A stretch of 63,490 nucleotides of DNA, counting the filler, from Candidatus Huberarchaeum crystalense (GTDB lineage Archaea > Huberarchaeota > Huberarchaeia > Huberarchaeales > Huberarchaeaceae): NCBI GenBank assembly GCA_002790315.1. It is 5 parts of 5 records of this genome, joined end to end, with 100 filler letters (N's around TTAATTAATTAA, not from the genome) between each part and the next. Parts side by side here need not be neighbours in the genome. Positions count along the whole stretch, not along the records: positions 58,996 to 63,490 come from PFUW01000036.1; 4 more parts are not named here. One strand, given 5' to 3'. Below the pieces are notes generated by a model. It did no database searches and was not told the DNA's origin. It saw only the letters and a program-made list of their open reading frames with translations. Shown here piece after piece: positions 59,655 through 63,490 of the stretch. Position 1 is the stretch's first letter; every line of letters starts with the position of its first letter. Both the position numbers and the translations under genes were made by a program.

Positions 59655-61889
59655 ATGGGAGGAAGAGAAACAAATAAAAAAGTGAACGTTAGCACAAGTG
59701 TTATGCTTGCTCTTTTTACAGTTATATTTGCATTTGTTTCTATAATCTCAACTTTGTGTTTTGCCACTAATTGTACTCAAAATTACAATGGCAATTATAT
59801 GATATCTTGGAGCTTTACAGACAGCAATGCTACACAGGTGAATGAGACATATATTTCTCCAACAGGAAGCATATTTACAACAACAATATGGAACCGCGCT
59901 AGTGATCCAAACAGAACAAATATTACTTATATAAATAAGGCATCAGGAACTTATATTTATGATGTTTCAAAGAATGTTTCAGGCACGATTTATACAATTC
60001 AACAATGGCAATGTATTAGAGTAGATGCTTGCAAAAACACAATAAAAGCATTTGTTTTTGATAAAGACAATAAACAGATTAGCAATGCTAAGGTTACGCT
60101 TTCTTGCGATTATTTAAGCACTTCAAAAACAGCAAACACAAATGAAAATGGTATGGTTGAATTTACTGGTGTGCCAGCAAGTTATTATTCTAACACAAAT
60201 TGCAATTTAAGTGTTAATTATACTGGTTTGGTTACAACAAAAACATTTTTAATACACCAAGGCAAATGTGGGGTAGTTTATGATTATACTTTTGCTTTAA
60301 GTTACACAGACGCTCAAGTATATTTAAGTGTCTTAAAACTTGAAGATGGATTTTACAAGCCAATGCCAAATCTAACAATAAGAATGGTAGGAACAAATAA
60401 CCAAATTTATGTTGAAAAAACAGATCAATACGGGGCAATTTTAAAAACAATATTGCCTGGAACTTATAATGTTAAGATAATACAAAAAGGCATTATTTTA
60501 AAGGAGTTTACACTACCTGCTTTAAGTTATAGGCAGAACTATTCGCAAGAAATTGTTTTAACTGATTACCAATACAACACAGATGATAGCCGTGATGTTG
60601 GATGCAGTCAAAAACCATGCAATGCTATTATAATTACACCTGTTCTTTCAAACATTGTTGCAAAATCAGGAACATCAAACCAAGTTAAATTGCGCGTGGA
60701 AAATCTAGAAAATGTAGATATGGAATTTTACATAACTTTTGATAGCCCTGCTTCTAAATTTTTTACACAACAACAGAAAAAATACACTGTAAACGCAAAC
60801 TCTATCAACATCTTTGCTTTATCATATTCTGTGCCAAAACAGGTTGTAACAGGAAGTTATGAGCTTGGAATCAAGGCGCAATATGATTGCTATTGTAGCC
60901 AAACAAGCAAAGTTGTTTTTGACATAGAACAAGTTATTCAAAAAGTTAAACTTCCTGACGAAGGTATTGATTTATATGATTCTGTGGTTTGTTTTGGCAA
61001 GACTAAAACACACAAGCTAACAATAACAAATAATGACTTTGAATCAAAAACATATTCTTTTTCTGCTGATGGAATACCTTTATCTTGGATAACAATTAAT
61101 CCTGCGCAGCAAACAATTGCAACAAATTCATATGCAAATGTTTCTGTTGTTTTGAGAATTCCAGAAAGTGCAACAGAAGGAAATTATAATTTAGGAATAC
61201 GCGCAAAATCAAAAGATGGAGATGAAAAATACTTTTCAGCAGAATTTTTTGCAAAAAACTGCAAAGAACCAACACTTGCAGAACTTTTTAAGGTTTCAAT
61301 GCCAGAAAAAATAGAAGTTAATCAAGGACAAAATAAGAGTTTTGTTGTTGAAATTGAAAATTTAGACAAGGTCGCACACACCTTTCAAATCTCTTTTTCA
61401 GGAGTTTCTGATCAATGGATAGTAGGTGATAAATTTAAGCAAGCAGAAAGCTTTTCAAAAACAACATCTGTTTTTACAATTGCTGTTCCTGATTTAAATC
61501 TCTCAAATTTTACGCGCGATGTTGGTGTTTTTGTTAAAGATGAAAAGAACAGGGTTGTCTTTACCAAAACATTTAATCTTGCAGTTAGCAAAACTTCTAT
61601 AGTTAACGAAACAAAAGCAAATCAAACCATTAGCTCAGGATCTATTTCAGGGTTTTTTACATCTGTTGACGAGAAAAAAGGCATTTTGGGTTTGATTTTC
61701 ATTATAATTATTGCAGCAGTGGCAGCTGTAATTTATTACAAACAACTCAAAGGAAAAGGACTATTAAACAATAGCAGAGATGCAACCTTTGCTAAGATTA
61801 ATACTGATACTCAAAATACCAAACAAAATATAGATTATATATTAAATGGAACTTTAAACTCTGATGTTGGCGGCAAGTTTGAAAAGTAG
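59655..61889 (+). CDS. Large surface protein: signal peptide, repeated beta-sandwich (Ig-like) domains, C-terminal membrane anchor
   Basis: T.ENG...F and KTD.YG..PGTY.V carboxypeptidase-regulatory-like repeats; three V.N...VP....G.Y.L repeats; many N-x-S/T sequons; SISGFF then TM helix. Confidence 0.8.
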   Translation: MGGRETNKKVNVSTSVMLALFTVIFAFVSIISTLCFATNCTQNYNGNYMISWSFTDSNATQVNETYISPTGSIFTTTIWNRASDPNRTNITYINKASGTYIYDVSKNVSGTIYTIQQWQCIRVDACKNTIKAFVFDKDNKQISNAKVTLSCDYLSTSKTANTNENGMVEFTGVPASYYSNTNCNLSVNYTGLVTTKTFLIHQGKCGVVYDYTFALSYTDAQVYLSVLKLEDGFYKPMPNLTIRMVGTNNQIYVEKTDQYGAILKTILPGTYNVKIIQKGIILKEFTLPALSYRQNYSQEIVLTDYQYNTDDSRDVGCSQKPCNAIIITPVLSNIVAKSGTSNQVKLRVENLENVDMEFYITFDSPASKFFTQQQKKYTVNANSINIFALSYSVPKQVVTGSYELGIKAQYDCYCSQTSKVVFDIEQVIQKVKLPDEGIDLYDSVVCFGKTKTHKLTITNNDFESKTYSFSADGIPLSWITINPAQQTIATNSYANVSVVLRIPESATEGNYNLGIRAKSKDGDEKYFSAEFFAKNCKEPTLAELFKVSMPEKIEVNQGQNKSFVVEIENLDKVAHTFQISFSGVSDQWIVGDKFKQAESFSKTTSVFTIAVPDLNLSNFTRDVGVFVKDEKNRVVFTKTFNLAVSKTSIVNETKANQTISSGSISGFFTSVDEKKGILGLIFIIIIAAVAAVIYYKQLKGKGLLNNSRDATFAKINTDTQNTKQNIDYILNGTLNSDVGGKFEK

Positions 61890-61940
61890 GGTTTGGTATG
61901 AAAGATTTTAGCTTTTTTTAAACCATTTGCTAAATATATT

Positions 61941-62114
61941 ATAGGTATAGGTGAAATAGTTAAAATACCAGATGACGCGTCAAGCTTTTTTCAAGGAATT
62001 ATAGTTGGAATTATTCTTCTGGTAGTTCTTGTATTTTTAAGTACAATGATAATAAATGTGTTTGAAGGTTTTGGTTATAATATTAACATATGCGGTCTTG
62101 TTTGTGGTAAATAA
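61941..62114 (+). CDS. 57-codon single-TM microprotein with Cx3C, starting at ATA (non-canonical or mutated start)
   Basis: IGIGEIVKIPDDASSFFQGIIVGIILLVVLVFLSTMIINVFEGFGYNINICGLVCGK; upstream sequence matches that of 62168. Confidence 0.5.
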   Translation: MGIGEIVKIPDDASSFFQGIIVGIILLVVLVFLSTMIINVFEGFGYNINICGLVCGK

Positions 62115-62167
62115 ATCTAAGTTTTGATTTTTGTTTGTTCTTTTTTAAACCCTTTATTAAATATATT

Positions 62168-62329
62168 ATGATAGCAACAACAGAAAAAACAAAAAGTGCG
62201 TTCATAAAATATGTTCTTGTATTTTTACTTGGTGCAGCAGCAGTATTGGTTGTGATTATTGAAAATAATTATATTGCTCGTGAACTTGGATTTAATATTT
62301 GCAATATACTATGTAATATTTTGAAGTAG
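62168..62329 (+). CDS. 53-aa single-TM microprotein with Cx3C
   Basis: MIATTEK...TM...LGFNICNILCNILK; TTTAAA box about 25 nt upstream. Confidence 0.6.
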   Translation: MIATTEKTKSAFIKYVLVFLLGAAAVLVVIIENNYIARELGFNICNILCNILK

Positions 62330-62444
62330 TTGTGTGCAGACATATTTTTAGCAATATTTGTAGAATTTTAAGATAAATTTTATAGCTTGAATTTAGTATT
62401 ACTTATTTTTTGTTGACTTTAAGGCAAGTTGTTTACTTATTTTT

Positions 62445-63440
62445 TTAATTCTTGTTTTTTTCTTTATAAATTATTAGAAGTTCGCGCGTAACCATCAATA
62501 AAATAGGACCTATTATTAAGCCAATTACACCAAATAGCATAAATCCGCCAGCATAACCAATCAATACCATCAAAGGATGAAGCTCAAATGCACCTGCAAA
62601 TCTAATTCTTAAATAATCATCAACTGTGCTTAAAATTAGCAAACCGTGTAAAAGCACAATAAGTGAGCCAAACAAGTTGTCATTTATCAATAAGTAAAAT
62701 GAAATTGGCAAGTAAACAAGTGTAGGTCCGACTTTAGGTATAAAACACACTATAAAAAGGCATGTCAAAATTAAAGGCAAAAAAGGGAGATCTAGTACAA
62801 AATATAATGGCAAAGAGAGCATAACAGCGATTATCGCATAAACAACTTGCAAAAAAACAATATTTTTTATACCATTTTCAATAACTAACTTTATTCTGTC
62901 ATAGTGTTCAAAAGTTAAAAGATGTTTAAAACTTTCGTTGATTTGAGGCCCGTCTTTCAAAAAATAAAAAAACGCAAAAAGAAAAAGAATTCCATACACC
63001 AAACTGTCTCCTGCAAGTGTAACGCTTTTTGAGCTAAGTTGGGATATAAATGTTGAAATTTGAGCAAAAACATTTGTTATAAAGTTTGTAAAAGGAATTT
63101 TTATGCTCTCTAAACCAGAAGCAGATAAACCTTTGTCTAAATTTTGCAAGATTGCATATTGAAGGTTTATGAGATTGTAAGGAATATTTTTAAGCAAGTA
63201 TGCAGAAAAGTAAATGACTATTCCTAACATTGCGGTTAGACCTGCACCCAGCACTATAAATGCAGATAATGCGCGCTTTTTAACAATTTTTTCAAGCATA
63301 TTGACAAATGGCAGCAAAAAGTAAGAAACAATACCTGCAAAAATCAAAAGATTTACTAACTGAAAAATTAAAGCAACACCAATAACTATTGCTAAAAATA
63401 AAAAAGAGTTGGTTTTTGTCAGTTTTTCTGCGATTCTCAT
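62445..63440 (-). CDS. AI-2E (PerM/UPF0118) family transporter
   Basis: FYFLKDG, FIP.VG, DDYLR, LHPL..LIG..GG...FG..GLIIGP. Confidence 0.93.
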   Translation of the reverse strand: MRIAEKLTKTNSFLFLAIVIGVALIFQLVNLLIFAGIVSYFLLPFVNMLEKIVKKRALSAFIVLGAGLTAMLGIVIYFSAYLLKNIPYNLINLQYAILQNLDKGLSASGLESIKIPFTNFITNVFAQISTFISQLSSKSVTLAGDSLVYGILFLFAFFYFLKDGPQINESFKHLLTFEHYDRIKLVIENGIKNIVFLQVVYAIIAVMLSLPLYFVLDLPFLPLILTCLFIVCFIPKVGPTLVYLPISFYLLINDNLFGSLIVLLHGLLILSTVDDYLRIRFAGAFELHPLMVLIGYAGGFMLFGVIGLIIGPILLMVTRELLIIYKEKNKN

Positions 63441-63490
63441 ATGTTATTTTGCAAAGCAAAATATATAAAAACAGGAAATTTTTATGTTAT

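Noticed and set aside
1519-60450. Many 60-150 aa ORFs antisense to or nested in identified genes
   Set aside because: Shadow ORFs without motifs, expected opposite AT-rich coding strands.
1-63490. Transposases, integrases, reverse transcriptase/DGR, inteins, provirus
   Set aside because: No recognisable motifs; RadA, CDC48, NrdD and aIF5B show no intein-sized insertions in the sequenced parts.

Overview
AT-rich (about 30% GC by eye) DNA from a reduced-genome archaeon. The divergent stand-alone 16S gene, scattered ribosomal-protein genes and DPANN-type membrane and pilin families point to the DPANN radiation; the exact lineage is inference and needs a 16S or marker-gene tree. The window is not contiguous. 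Four 100-nt artificial linkers (N-run, TTAATTAATTAA, N-run) join five scaffolds (1-19638, 19739-24361, 24462-42615, 42716-58895, 58996-63490), and many short N-gaps interrupt genes. Content is mostly informational: one 16S rRNA, five tRNAs, about 11 r-proteins, aIF1A/2-gamma/5A/5B/6, EF-2, RpoL, Mre11, RadA, RFC-L, RecJ-like, CDC48, PAN, RNase Z, Taw3. Also present are nucleotide metabolism (NrdD, ThyA fusion, Tmk), a chorismate-to-Phe/Tyr module, thiol-redox membrane proteins, pilin-like and Ig-fold surface proteins and a glycosylation locus. The most unusual signals are: (1) a highly iterated GCGCGC palindrome, about 55-60 copies by hand against roughly one expected, missing from the foreign-looking genes; (2) an integron attC-like site at 24593-24672; (3) an exonuclease-only family B polymerase; (4) compensatory substitutions in the 16S decoding helix; (5) tandem duplications concentrated at gene starts and ends, including a 4x promoter-plus-start array before the DRG GTPase. 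No CRISPR array, transposase or integrase was seen.
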